A stretch of 64,000 nt of DNA from Verrucomicrobiota bacterium (GCA_039798785.1 JBDKFG010000020.1:45362-109361); one strand, 5' to 3'. Shown: positions 1-8,795, counted from the first letter of the stretch. Notes: a model not told the origin generated them from the sequence alone. Made by a program: numbers and translations.

Positions 1-179
1 GAATCGCAGAGGCCGGCGCGACGAAGCCCCGCCAAGGCCTCCCGGATCACTGCGCGGCTGACCGCAAAGCGCGCCGCCAGCTCCAATTCAGTCGGCAAGG
101 CGTCCCCAGCCTTCAGTCCGCTGCTGCGGATGTAGGCGATCAGTTCGGCTTCAGTCTTCCTGCTCAGGCTCGAATTCAT
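1..179 (-). CDS. GntR/FadR-family transcriptional regulator (partial, runs off the window start)
   Basis: Not in the ORF track. Manual translation from the minus-strand ATG at 179 gives MNSSLSRKTEAELIAYIRSSGLKAGDALPTELELAARFAVSRAVIREALAGL, a GntR wHTH (LPxExELAxxFxVSRxxIREAL). Confidence 0.9.
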   Translation of the reverse strand, partial: MNSSLSRKTEAELIAYIRSSGLKAGDALPTELELAARFAVSRAVIREALAGLRRAGLCD

Positions 180-296
180 GTCGGCTCCTTCTTCTCCCCC
201 TTCAAGCTAGCTCCACCCTCCCGCCAGGAATTGTGATTTTTATGAATTTAATAATTTTATTACTTGCCAAATTTTGGATCTGGCGCAGATTTCGGT

Positions 297-311
297 CTAT
301 GTCAGACATAG
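297..311. promoter_or_regulatory. Palindromic candidate GntR operator CTATGTCAGACATAG
   Basis: Perfect 7-1-7 inverted repeat in the AT-rich divergent intergenic region, 27 bp upstream of the 339 start. The GT-N-AC core is typical of GntR operators. Confidence 0.6.
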
Positions 312-338
312 TTTGAATCCAGAATTAAGGAGGAAATC

Positions 339-1052
339 ATGCGCAGGATGACCTTGATCGAAGTGTTGATGGTGATTCTGGTGATCGCGGTTTTGATTTC
401 GCTGCTGCTGCCGGCCTTCAGCCGGGCTCGTCAGGTGGCGCAGTTGGCAGTCTGCAGCAGCAATTTGAAGCAGATCTCGACGGCGACGATGCTCTACCAG
501 AGCAACAATCGCGGGCGCATGCCCGGCTTCCTCGGCCGCCGCAACATTGCTTGGCTCGGGCAGGACGGGACGGACTCGGCCTTGCCGAAGGCGAAGGACC
601 GGGCTTTGAACACTTATCTGGATCCAAGCCGGAAGGGCAAGGTCGGGGCCAAATGTCCTGGCGATTTTTATTACAAGAGTCTCAGCATTTCCGCATATGA
701 GCGTCGGGGATCCTCCTACGTCGCCAACCGTGCCGGGCTATATCCGGGCAACAACAGCTCGCCCAGCGGCATGGAGGACACCGGCATCGGCGAGGGCACG
801 GTGGCAGGATTGACCTACACCCGTTCGATCCTCCTCGACCAGGTGCAGCGGCCTGGGATCATGGTGCAGCTGATGGAATCGGGGGCGGTCGACCGCATCG
901 AAGACGCCAACAACGCGCCGAAGAATCACGAGTTCCATTACAATCAGAAATGGGTCTTTGGCTTCCTTGATGGCCACGTCAACGCCTATGTCGCCCAGTC
1001 CGGCGTCGGCAACACCCTCGACTACAAGACGCAGAGGAGCCTGGCGCAATGA
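339..1052 (+). CDS. Prepilin-type N-terminal cleavage/methylation protein (DUF1559 / H-X9-DG-like, PVC type)
   Basis: MTLIEVLMVILVIAVLISLLLPAFSRARQVAQLAVCSSNLKQI N-terminus, C-terminal H-x10-DGHV, RBS AAGGAGG. Confidence 0.85.
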   Translation: MRRMTLIEVLMVILVIAVLISLLLPAFSRARQVAQLAVCSSNLKQISTATMLYQSNNRGRMPGFLGRRNIAWLGQDGTDSALPKAKDRALNTYLDPSRKGKVGAKCPGDFYYKSLSISAYERRGSSYVANRAGLYPGNNSSPSGMEDTGIGEGTVAGLTYTRSILLDQVQRPGIMVQLMESGAVDRIEDANNAPKNHEFHYNQKWVFGFLDGHVNAYVAQSGVGNTLDYKTQRSLAQ

Positions 1053-1819
1053 TCCAGCTTCTTATCATCGTGGTGGCGTTGGCCGCACTGTTCCGGGCGG
1101 TGCAGCTGCAGCTTCGCAGCCGCCGCAGCTATGTTGCGCCGCTGCATCGGCTCGCCTGGGGCCTGCTCTCCCTCGTCGGCGCCGGTCTGCACTCTTGGTT
1201 GAGCTCCCGCTCAGAGGACGAGCTCCGCGATCGCGCCCTGGCGAGTTTTTCCAGCAACCAGGAAATCAGGATCCGCCAGATCAGCGACAAGCTTTTCAAC
1301 GCTTCGAAGGGACGGCGCGCCGTGCTGGTTCACTCGAGTCGCAACATGAGGGAGATGGTGCGCAGCACCGATGAAGCCCTCCGGCGTCAGCTCAGTTCCC
1401 TGGAATCGACCTACCTCGGCCCGGTCGAAGTGGCGCTTCCGGCGACTTCATGGGACCCGGTCTTTAACGCCAGAATGGTGGCCGAGGTGCAGGCCAAGAT
1501 GCCTCTGGCCAGCGTCTGGATCTGCGCCGCCGGAGATCTCACCCAGGCAGATCAGGTCGCCGACAGCCCTCTCTTCGCCGCGGCGTTGGATGGTGAGGCG
1601 AGAGAGGCTCATCCTGAGTTTCCCGACATCATCCTGCTCGATGCCCTCCCGAGTGAATTCAACGTCGACCTTTTGCGCCGCGGTTGGATCAGTGCTCTCG
1701 TCCTTGCCGATCCCAATGCTCCGGCCAGCCCTGGCGGCACCAATCCCGGCCTGGTCATCACCCGTGACAATCTCGAAGAAATCAAGAAACAACACCCCGG
1801 TCTGATTCCCGGTGTATAA
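1049..1819 (+). CDS. Hypothetical membrane protein, possibly with a periplasmic-binding-protein-like C-terminal domain
   Basis: ATGA overlap with the upstream gene, two N-terminal hydrophobic segments, C-terminal LVITRDNLEEI resembling class I PBP tails. Confidence 0.6.
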   Translation: MIQLLIIVVALAALFRAVQLQLRSRRSYVAPLHRLAWGLLSLVGAGLHSWLSSRSEDELRDRALASFSSNQEIRIRQISDKLFNASKGRRAVLVHSSRNMREMVRSTDEALRRQLSSLESTYLGPVEVALPATSWDPVFNARMVAEVQAKMPLASVWICAAGDLTQADQVADSPLFAAALDGEAREAHPEFPDIILLDALPSEFNVDLLRRGWISALVLADPNAPASPGGTNPGLVITRDNLEEIKKQHPGLIPGV

Positions 1820-1852
1820 TCATCCGGACAGGCCAGCAACTCAGGAGATCCC

Positions 1853-3019
1853 ATGATCCCAAGCAGTCAACTCGACGCCCATGCCGACGGCATCCTCGAC
1901 TTCTACCGCAAGGTCGCCGCAGCCCACCCCGGCCGCCCCTTCCCGCAGACCATCGACGACCAGGGCCGAGTCCTTCCTGACGCCCGTCGCCACCTCGTCA
2001 GCTCGACCCGCCTCTGCATCAACTTCTCCCGCGCCTGGCTGCGCTGGCAGCGCCCCGCCGACCTCGAGCTCGCCCGCCGCCTCCACGCCGAATGGCTGGA
2101 ACACCGCTCGCCGCAAGGGAAATGGGCCTGGTCGATCGAGGCTGACGGCTGCCGCGACGAAGCGCCCCGCTGCTACGGCGCCGCCTTCAACCTCCTCAGC
2201 GCCGCCTGGTCGCTCCGCGCCGGCCTCTGCGGACCCGAACTCCTCGAACGCTGCTACGCCGAGATGGAGCGCGACTTCAATCTCGGAGGCGAAGCCCTCT
2301 TCGGCGACGAACGCGACGCCGCCGGCCAGCTCCTCCCCTACCGCGGCCAGAACGCCAACATGCACTCGGTCGAAGCTCTCCTCGCCGCCCACGCCGCCAG
2401 CGGCGACCAGAAGTATCTCGACCGCGCCAGCGCCATCGCCCGCCGCCTCGTCGTCGACCTCGCACCCCAGTCCGACGGCTGGATCTGCGAACACTACCGC
2501 CAGGACTGGTCCGCCGACTGGGATTTCCACCGCGACAATCCCCGCGACCTCTATAAGCCCTGGGGCTTCCAGACCGGCCACCAGACCGAATGGGGCAAGC
2601 TCCTCGTCCAGCTCCGCCGCCGCCGCCCGGATGATCCGGCCTTCGCCTGGATCCTCCCTGCCGCCAGCCGCCTCACCCTCGAAGCCTGCGAAGCCGCCTG
2701 GGACGACCAGCACGGCGGCCTCGTCTACGGCCTTGACCGCCAACGCCAGACCTGCGACGACCAGAAGCACTTCTGGGTCCAGGCCGAATCCTTCGCCGCC
2801 CTCGCCCTTCTCGAACAGGAAGGCGTCAGCGCCGCCGCCCCCTGGGCCGAACGCTTGTGGAACTACAGCCAACAGCACTGGGTCATCCCCGGCCTCGGCG
2901 GCCCCTGGTTCCGCGTCCTCGAACGCAACCACGCCCCCACCGACCGCACCCTCGCCGTCCCCGGCGGCAAGGTCGACTACCACACCGCCGGAGCGATTTT
3001 GGATGTGCTGGGGTCGTGA
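1853..3019 (+). CDS. AGE-family (N-acylglucosamine 2-epimerase / YihS-like) epimerase/isomerase
   Basis: GQNANMHxxEA, GFQTGHQTEW, FWVQAE and DYH motifs (three catalytic His); RBS AGGAG. Confidence 0.88.
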   Translation: MIPSSQLDAHADGILDFYRKVAAAHPGRPFPQTIDDQGRVLPDARRHLVSSTRLCINFSRAWLRWQRPADLELARRLHAEWLEHRSPQGKWAWSIEADGCRDEAPRCYGAAFNLLSAAWSLRAGLCGPELLERCYAEMERDFNLGGEALFGDERDAAGQLLPYRGQNANMHSVEALLAAHAASGDQKYLDRASAIARRLVVDLAPQSDGWICEHYRQDWSADWDFHRDNPRDLYKPWGFQTGHQTEWGKLLVQLRRRRPDDPAFAWILPAASRLTLEACEAAWDDQHGGLVYGLDRQRQTCDDQKHFWVQAESFAALALLEQEGVSAAAPWAERLWNYSQQHWVIPGLGGPWFRVLERNHAPTDRTLAVPGGKVDYHTAGAILDVLGS

Positions 3020-3021
3020 GA

Positions 3022-3210
3022 AATTCAAAATTCCAGATTCAAAATTCAAGAAGGAGCAAAAAACGACATGGAAGATTCAAGATTGAATATCCTGCCCTCC
3101 CATCTTGAATCTTGAATCTCCTCCCGCCCTCCCATCTTGAATCTTGAATCTTGAATCTTGAATCTCCTCCCGCCCTCCCATCTTGAATCTTGAATTTTGA
3201 ATCTTGAATC
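3022..3210. repeat. Inverted heptamer tandem arrays: (A/G)ATTCAA left arm and TTGAATC right arm, with a higher-order 18-bp spacer
   Basis: Left arm: AATTCAA AATTCCA GATTCAA AATTCAA (3022-3049) and GATTCAA GATTGAA (3074-3087). Right arm: TTGAATC x2, x4, x4 (3105-3210, one unit TTGAATT), separated by TCCTCCCGCCCTCCCATC. Confidence 0.92.
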
Positions 3211-3226
3211 TTCAAAGGAGCCCCCC

Positions 3227-4408
3227 ATGAAAATCCTCGCCGCCTCGCTCGTCCTCGCCCTCGCCTGCGCCGCCGCCGAAACCATCAAGCCCGCTGCGCC
3301 AACCGCAACAGCCGCGGCGGTCGAGCCGATCGCCATCTTCGCCGCGAAGCAGCACGGCTATGCCGGTTTCCGCATCCCCGCCCTGCTCCGCACCCAGGAC
3401 GGCCGCCTCCTCGCCTTCGCCGAAGGACGCAAGAACAACCTCGGCGACGCCGGCGACATCGACCTGGTGATGATGAGCTCGACCGACGAAGGCAAGACCT
3501 GGGGCGGCTTCACCGTCCTCGCCGACGAAGGCAAGAATTTCATCGGCAACCCCGCGCCGGTCCTCGACGAGCGCGACGGCAGCATCACCGTGCTCCTCAC
3601 CTGGAAGGTCGACGGCGCCCACGAAGGCGACATCCGCAAGGGGAAACAGGCCCCGGCGATGATCTGGTCGATCCGCAGCACCGACGGCGGCAAGACCTGG
3701 TCGAAGGCGGAAGAACGCAAGGAGCTCAGCACTGAGCTCCTCGCCCGCGGCTGGCGCTGGAACATCCCCGGCCCCGGCCGCGCCATCCAGCTCAAGAATG
3801 GCGAACATAAGGGTCGCCTGGTCTGTGCCGGCAACCACTCCGGCTCCGGCGGTGAAGGCAACCGCTTCCTCGGCGGCAACAGCTTCTTCTCCGACGACGG
3901 CGGCAAGACCTGGAAGCTCGGCGCCGTCGACGCCGCCCCCGCCGAAGGCCGTCCCGCCAAGGGCGACTTCGTCTACCCCAACGAATCCACCTGCGCCGAG
4001 CTGCCCGACGGCCGCATCGTCTTCTCCACCCGCGACCAGGGCGGCCCCAGCAAGGCCAACCGCGGCATCGCCTGGAGCAAGGACGGCGGCGCCAGCTTCG
4101 AGGCCGCCTACGCCCCCGACCACGGCCTCACCGGCCCGGTCTGCCAGGGCAGCCTCCTCAGCGGCACCGACGCCGCAGGCAAGCCGGTCCTGCTCTGCTC
4201 CTTCCCGTCGGGCAAAGGCCGTGAGAAACTCCTCATCCGCCTCTCCCGTGACGGCGGCAAATCCTGGCAGGACGGCCCCCTCCTTTTCCCCGGTGCCGCC
4301 GCCTACTCCGACCTCGTCCAGCTCGCCCCCGGCCGCTTCCTCGCCATCGCCGAACTCAAGGGCTACGGCGGCATCTCGGCGCTGCCGTTTGAGATCAAAG
4401 GGGAGTAA
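3227..4408 (+). CDS. Secreted sialidase / GH33 (BNR Asp-box) exo-alpha-sialidase-like protein
   Basis: Signal peptide MKILAASLVLALACAAA, FRIP motif, five Asp-boxes (STDEGKTW, STDGGKTW, SDDGGKTW, SKDGGASF, SRDGGKSW), AYSDL. RBS AAGGAG at 3215 supports the 3227 start. Confidence 0.88.
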   Translation: MKILAASLVLALACAAAETIKPAAPTATAAAVEPIAIFAAKQHGYAGFRIPALLRTQDGRLLAFAEGRKNNLGDAGDIDLVMMSSTDEGKTWGGFTVLADEGKNFIGNPAPVLDERDGSITVLLTWKVDGAHEGDIRKGKQAPAMIWSIRSTDGGKTWSKAEERKELSTELLARGWRWNIPGPGRAIQLKNGEHKGRLVCAGNHSGSGGEGNRFLGGNSFFSDDGGKTWKLGAVDAAPAEGRPAKGDFVYPNESTCAELPDGRIVFSTRDQGGPSKANRGIAWSKDGGASFEAAYAPDHGLTGPVCQGSLLSGTDAAGKPVLLCSFPSGKGREKLLIRLSRDGGKSWQDGPLLFPGAAAYSDLVQLAPGRFLAIAELKGYGGISALPFEIKGE

Positions 4409-4414
4409 GGAATT

Positions 4415-4645
4415 ATGCCAGATCTCGTTCAGAATGCCTGCTTAGACTGCCGCAAGGTTTTTAAAAAACCTGATATCCCCTATGTCCATGAAGCAGAGTT
4501 AGAAAAGCGCAAGTTTTATCCATGCCCTGATTGCGGTAAAATGATGCAATACATGGGCGTTAAGTTCCGAGCTCCTCCCAAGAGAGATCTTGCAGCTTGG
4601 GACAAAATTCGCGATTCAATTCAAGCCGGTGAAAACTGGATGTAA
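4415..4645 (+). CDS. Small zinc-ribbon-like hypothetical protein (CxxC...CPxCG...MGxxFRAP), AT-rich relative to neighbours
   Basis: 76 aa with CLDC and CPDC, RBS GGAG/AAGGA upstream, codon usage visibly more AT-rich than flanking genes. Confidence 0.7.
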   Translation: MPDLVQNACLDCRKVFKKPDIPYVHEAELEKRKFYPCPDCGKMMQYMGVKFRAPPKRDLAAWDKIRDSIQAGENWM

Positions 4646-4653
4646 TTACGTTT

Positions 4654-4684
4654 TTACCCTGCAACCCCTTTACCCCGCAACCCG
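4654..4684. repeat. Short direct repeat TTTACCC(T/C)GCAACCC x2
   Basis: tttaccctgcaacccc tttaccccgcaaccc lies between the small ORF and the kinase. Confidence 0.6.
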
Positions 4685-4694
4685 GTTCCAGCTC

Positions 4695-5636
4695 ATGCCC
4701 ACCCTCCACGCCTTCGGCGAACTCCTCATCGACGCCCTTCCCGGCCCACCGGTCGACGGCCAGCCCAGCCTGGTCCTGCATGCCGGCGGCGCCCCCGCCA
4801 ACGTCGCCTGCCAATACGCCCGCCTCGGCGGACGCGGACGCGTCATCGGCGGCATCAGCCGCGACCCCCTCGGCCAATGGCTTAAGCAGCAAGCGACAAG
4901 CTTCGGCGTCGACTGCAGCGGCCTGGTCGAAGTCGACAATCCCACCGCCATGGCCATCGTCTCCCTGACCCCGGCCGGCGAACGCAGCTTCACCTTCCAC
5001 CGCCACGGCACCGCCGACCTCGCCTTGCGCCTGCCGCAAATCGACCTCGACGCCCTCAAGCCCGGCGACATGCTGCACTTCTGCTCCAACACCCTGACCG
5101 AAGCCGGCGCCGCCGCGACCACCCTCGCCCTCGCCGACGCCGCCCGCGATCTCGACCTGCTGGTCAGCCTCGACCTCAACCTCCGTCCCGGCCTCTGGCA
5201 GGGCGGCAAGCCGGACTTCAAGTTGGTCTCCCAGGCCCTGACCCGCAGCCACCTCGTCAAGATGGCCAAGGAGGAACTCGAGTGGTATCTCGCCGAGGGA
5301 CGCATCGCCAGCGCCGAAGCCCTGGTCGACGAGCAAGGCATCGTCCTCGTCGTCACCGACGGCCCGGGCGAGATCAAGGTCTATTCGCCCCGCTTCTCTC
5401 CCTTCAGCGTCGTGCCGCCCAAGGTCGCCGCGGTCGACACCACCGGCGCCGGCGACAGCTTCTGCGGCGGCCTCCTCTGGCAGCTCGGCCGCAGCGGCAA
5501 TCCCTTGCAGGCGCTTGAAGACGCGGCGCTTCTTCGCCAGGCGGTCGACTTCGCCGCCCGTTGCGGCGCCCGCACCTGCCAAGGACGTGGCGCCATGGCA
5601 GCGATGCCCGGAGCTGATGCGCTCGGAATAAAATGA
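4695..5636 (+). CDS. PfkB-family carbohydrate kinase (fructokinase-like)
   Basis: FGELLID, GGAPANVA, DLNLRPGLW, VDTTGAGDSFCGG. Start reassigned from 4590 to ATG 4695. Confidence 0.9.
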   Translation: MPTLHAFGELLIDALPGPPVDGQPSLVLHAGGAPANVACQYARLGGRGRVIGGISRDPLGQWLKQQATSFGVDCSGLVEVDNPTAMAIVSLTPAGERSFTFHRHGTADLALRLPQIDLDALKPGDMLHFCSNTLTEAGAAATTLALADAARDLDLLVSLDLNLRPGLWQGGKPDFKLVSQALTRSHLVKMAKEELEWYLAEGRIASAEALVDEQGIVLVVTDGPGEIKVYSPRFSPFSVVPPKVAAVDTTGAGDSFCGGLLWQLGRSGNPLQALEDAALLRQAVDFAARCGARTCQGRGAMAAMPGADALGIK

Positions 5637-5850
5637 TTCCGTGCGAGCTTGTGTGCGATCTTGATGAGGACTCGGATTTTTGCGGAATCGGCGGTAAATT
5701 CCTTGCCATCCCCTTCCGATCGAGGGCGCGATTCGGAGCCGCTGAAACGGCTTGATCCGCGTCCATTCATGCAACGGCCCAACAGGGCCGTCAACCCAAG
5801 TTCGCGGCGGAGGCCGCAAAACCATGTTCACCACCCTGCAAGGACACCCC

Positions 5851-7044
5851 ATGAAAACCGCGATGACGCTGGTCTTCTCGCTCGTCTGCGTCCAGTCCGC
5901 CCTGGCCCAGACGGCAGAAAGCCAGCAAGACAGCACCGTCACACAGCAGACTACGGTCAAGAAAAGCACCAGCGTCGAAACTCTTGAGACGGTGCAGACT
6001 GTCACCAAGGTGGCTCCGAAGGCGCAGCAAAGCGTCGCCATCTTCGTCCTTAACCGGGGCGGAGCCAAGATGGAAGCCTACCTTCCGGTGATGGAGGACT
6101 TCGTCACCGCCCAGGTCGCCGGCCGCGGCTTCTCCCTCATCGCCAAAGAGACTCTCATGGGCAGCCGCAAGGAAGCCGAGAAGGGTGGATTCAATTACGA
6201 TGACCAGACCATCCTTTCCCTCTCCCGTGATGTCGGCGCCGATTATGCCCTGGTGGTGACTTTGGCTCAGCTCGGCCAGATAACCAAGAAGCTCGACGAT
6301 CCTCGCATCGGCCTCAATGAAAAGAACCTTGTCAGCAGTCTCGACGCCACCTTCAAGTTGATCGAGCTGAAGAAGGGAGCCGCGATCAAGGCCGGCATGG
6401 TCAACGCCTTCAAGGTATCCCGCGCCGACGCCGACGCCGGCAGCGTTGCCGAGATCGATGCCGTCACTGGCGGCGCCCTGCTCACCGATGCCGCGACCCA
6501 GATCAGTGAGAAGATCGCCGACTTGGCCGTCGCGACACCTGCCAAGCTGGACAGCGGCCTGATTGAGATTGAGCTCAACTGCAGTGTCGACGGATTGACC
6601 ATTCCCGAGATCCTGAAGAAGGACGGCACTTGGGTTGTCGGAAGCAAGACCAGCAGCGCCGTCGCCAACGACGTGGTCGTCGAAGTTGATGGCATCATGG
6701 TCGGCACGGCCGGAGGCTCCCTCAGCGTCCGTCCCGGACTGCACAAACTCCGTCTCAGCCGTGAAGGCTATGTCGAGCTCAGCCGCTTCGTCAACTTCAT
6801 CCCCGGCCAGCGTCTCAACCTGAGCTTGGCGATGACACCTGCCACCCATGCTCGCCACGCCCAGGATCTGCTTCTTCTGCAAGGTCTGAAAGCCGGTCAA
6901 ATCCTCACCGAGGCGGAAGCCTCGAGACTCGTCGGGCTCGCCGATTTCTACAAGAACTCCAAGGTCTCCTTCGATCTGAAGGTCGACGAGAAGAAGAACA
7001 GCGACTCACGCAAGAACATCGAAGTCAAGAAAGTGGATGACTGA
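5851..7044 (+). CDS. Secreted PEGA-domain protein with a CsgG/TolB-N-like N-terminal region
   Basis: Signal peptide MKTAMTLVFSLVCVQSALA, PEGA pattern VEVDGIMVG...PGLHKLRLSREGY, RBS AAGGA. Confidence 0.7.
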   Translation: MKTAMTLVFSLVCVQSALAQTAESQQDSTVTQQTTVKKSTSVETLETVQTVTKVAPKAQQSVAIFVLNRGGAKMEAYLPVMEDFVTAQVAGRGFSLIAKETLMGSRKEAEKGGFNYDDQTILSLSRDVGADYALVVTLAQLGQITKKLDDPRIGLNEKNLVSSLDATFKLIELKKGAAIKAGMVNAFKVSRADADAGSVAEIDAVTGGALLTDAATQISEKIADLAVATPAKLDSGLIEIELNCSVDGLTIPEILKKDGTWVVGSKTSSAVANDVVVEVDGIMVGTAGGSLSVRPGLHKLRLSREGYVELSRFVNFIPGQRLNLSLAMTPATHARHAQDLLLLQGLKAGQILTEAEASRLVGLADFYKNSKVSFDLKVDEKKNSDSRKNIEVKKVDD

Positions 7045-7046
7045 TC

Positions 7047-8072
7047 ATGAATACCCGCTACCTTTCCCGCATCGCCTGCGGACTGATGAGCTTCGGTCTG
7101 GTTTCCTCGATTGAAGCCGTGGCGCAGGATGCCGCCGCCCCGGTTCGGGCTCCGGATCCTCGGACCAACACCAACACTCTAGGGATTTCGGCGATCAAGA
7201 TCGCTCCCGCACTGGAGCGCCATGCCAAGGCAGTCTCGATCCAGCGCACCGCAGAAGCACTCAGCACCGAGCTTTCCGATGCCTTTGCCGCCACCGGCAA
7301 GTTCCAGGTGGTGGCGCGCGACGAATTGGCGAGGGTCCTCAGTGAGCAGAAGCTGGCGGAGTCGGGCATCGTCGACCCCCGCGATCCGGCGGCGGCCAAG
7401 TCTTTCCAGATCCGCGGTGTCAAATGGCTGGTCCTGAGCAATGTCTCGGACTTCTCCGACATCGTCGAGAAGGCCAATTTCGACTCCGGTCGCAGCGCCG
7501 AGCGCCGCACCGTCCGCCTCGGCGGCACGATCCAGATCATCGATTCCAGCAGCGGCGTGCTCGCCGCTTCGATCCCGGTGCGGGCCGAGATGGACGATAC
7601 GGTGATGAATCGAGAATATTCGGTGCGCGACGGCAACAACGACGAAGAGCTCTACCGCTTGGTAGCCCGCGATTTCGCCAAACGTGGCGTCGCTGATATC
7701 CTGGATCGGGTGATGCCGGCCAAGATCCTTGCCCGTCCGATCGACGGAGTCGCCTCGATTTCGCGAGGCCAGGGAACCAACATTGCCATCGGTGAGGTGT
7801 GGGACGTTTTCGGCCTTGGCGAGCAGCTGATCGATCCTGACACAGGCGCTGTCCTGGGCAGCCAGGAACTCAAGCTGGGCAAGGTGCGCATCGTCGAAAT
7901 CCATCCTTTGTTCTCGAAGGCACAGATCATCGAGGACAACGGCATGGATCGCGGTCACATTTGCCGACTCAGCTTGGACAAGCCCAAGCCCGTGGCGCGC
8001 CCGGCAGTCCGGGTGGAAGTGCGCGATGAGGATGCGACGCAACCTCCTCCTCCCCGCCCTGCGAGCCCCTGA
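7047..8072 (+). CDS. CsgG/HfaB-family envelope protein with an FlgT-C-like C-terminal domain
   Basis: Signal peptide, FQVVARDELARVLSEQKL (CsgG-like), C-terminal GEQLIDPDTGAVLG...LGKVRIVE. Confidence 0.7.
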   Translation: MNTRYLSRIACGLMSFGLVSSIEAVAQDAAAPVRAPDPRTNTNTLGISAIKIAPALERHAKAVSIQRTAEALSTELSDAFAATGKFQVVARDELARVLSEQKLAESGIVDPRDPAAAKSFQIRGVKWLVLSNVSDFSDIVEKANFDSGRSAERRTVRLGGTIQIIDSSSGVLAASIPVRAEMDDTVMNREYSVRDGNNDEELYRLVARDFAKRGVADILDRVMPAKILARPIDGVASISRGQGTNIAIGEVWDVFGLGEQLIDPDTGAVLGSQELKLGKVRIVEIHPLFSKAQIIEDNGMDRGHICRLSLDKPKPVARPAVRVEVRDEDATQPPPPRPASP

Positions 8073-8084
8073 TTCAGGTGGAAC

Positions 8085-8121
8085 GACAAAAGCCTCCAGC
8101 CAGAAGCTGGAGGCTTTTGTC
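8085..8121. terminator. Bidirectional intrinsic terminator between convergent genes
   Basis: Perfect 16-bp stem GACAAAAGCCTCCAGC / GCTGGAGGCTTTTGTC with a 5-nt loop and A/T tracts at the base. Confidence 0.85.
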
Positions 8122-8189
8122 AACTTTGTAGATCAGGTCGCTCAACCATTGACCCTTTAGCTTCGTTCCTCCCTTGGGGAGGCGCGGCT

Positions 8190-8771
8190 TCAGCCCAGGC
8201 CGCGGAGGGTTTCGACGAAATCCTTGATGCCGATGGGTTTGACGATCAGGGCGTCGTGGGGGAAGTTTTTCAGTTCCTTGCGGGTCTGTTCGTCGGCGTA
8301 GGCGGTGACGACGACGACGCGGACTTGGGCGAAGTCGGGGTTGGATCGCATTTGCGAGATGAATTCGAAGCCGTTCATCTTGGGCATGTGGAGGTCGAGG
8401 AGGATGGCGTGAGGCTTCCAGGAGCCGACGAGGAGAGCGGCTTCGATGCCGTTGGCGGCTTCCTTGACTTCGAAATTGCCGGCGATGCCGAGGCATTCAT
8501 GAGCGAAGCGGCGGAAGTTCTCGTCGTCGTCGACGAGGAGGATGCGGCGACCTTCCTTGACCTCTTCGGCGGCGGCTTCGAGCGCGCTTTCGTCGAGGCT
8601 GAAGCCGTGCTTCTTGGCGAATTTCTGCAGGTCGCTGCGGCGGAAGCGGCGGTGGCCGCCGGGGGTGGTGGCCGGTTCGAGTTCACCGCGTTCAACCCAG
8701 TTGATCAGGCTGGTGCGGGCGATGCCGAGGATGCGGGCGGCTTCGTTGGTGGTGTAGACTTCGCGCGACAT
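8190..8771 (-). CDS. Response regulator with N-terminal excisionase-like (HTH_17) DNA-binding domain and REC domain
   Basis: YTTNEAARILGI...TPGGHRRF, then ILLVDDD...ILLDLHMPKMNG...KP. Confidence 0.88.
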   Translation of the reverse strand: MSREVYTTNEAARILGIARTSLINWVERGELEPATTPGGHRRFRRSDLQKFAKKHGFSLDESALEAAAEEVKEGRRILLVDDDENFRRFAHECLGIAGNFEVKEAANGIEAALLVGSWKPHAILLDLHMPKMNGFEFISQMRSNPDFAQVRVVVVTAYADEQTRKELKNFPHDALIVKPIGIKDFVETLRGLG

Positions 8772-8795
8772 GGATAAGCTCCGGGTTAGACGAGT

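Noticed and set aside
3090..3210. CRISPR-like repeat/spacer appearance
   Set aside because: The intervening 18-bp segments are near-identical rather than unique spacers, the repeat unit is only 7 bp, and no cas genes are present.
5780..5830. GGCCGCAAAACC resembling part of a c-di-GMP-I riboswitch
   Set aside because: No GNRA-capped P2 or matching P1/P3 could be built by eye; an Rfam search would be needed.
8190..8771. Excisionase-like HTH suggesting a prophage or integrative element
   Set aside because: It is fused to a REC domain (a common regulator architecture), and no integrase or phage genes are nearby.
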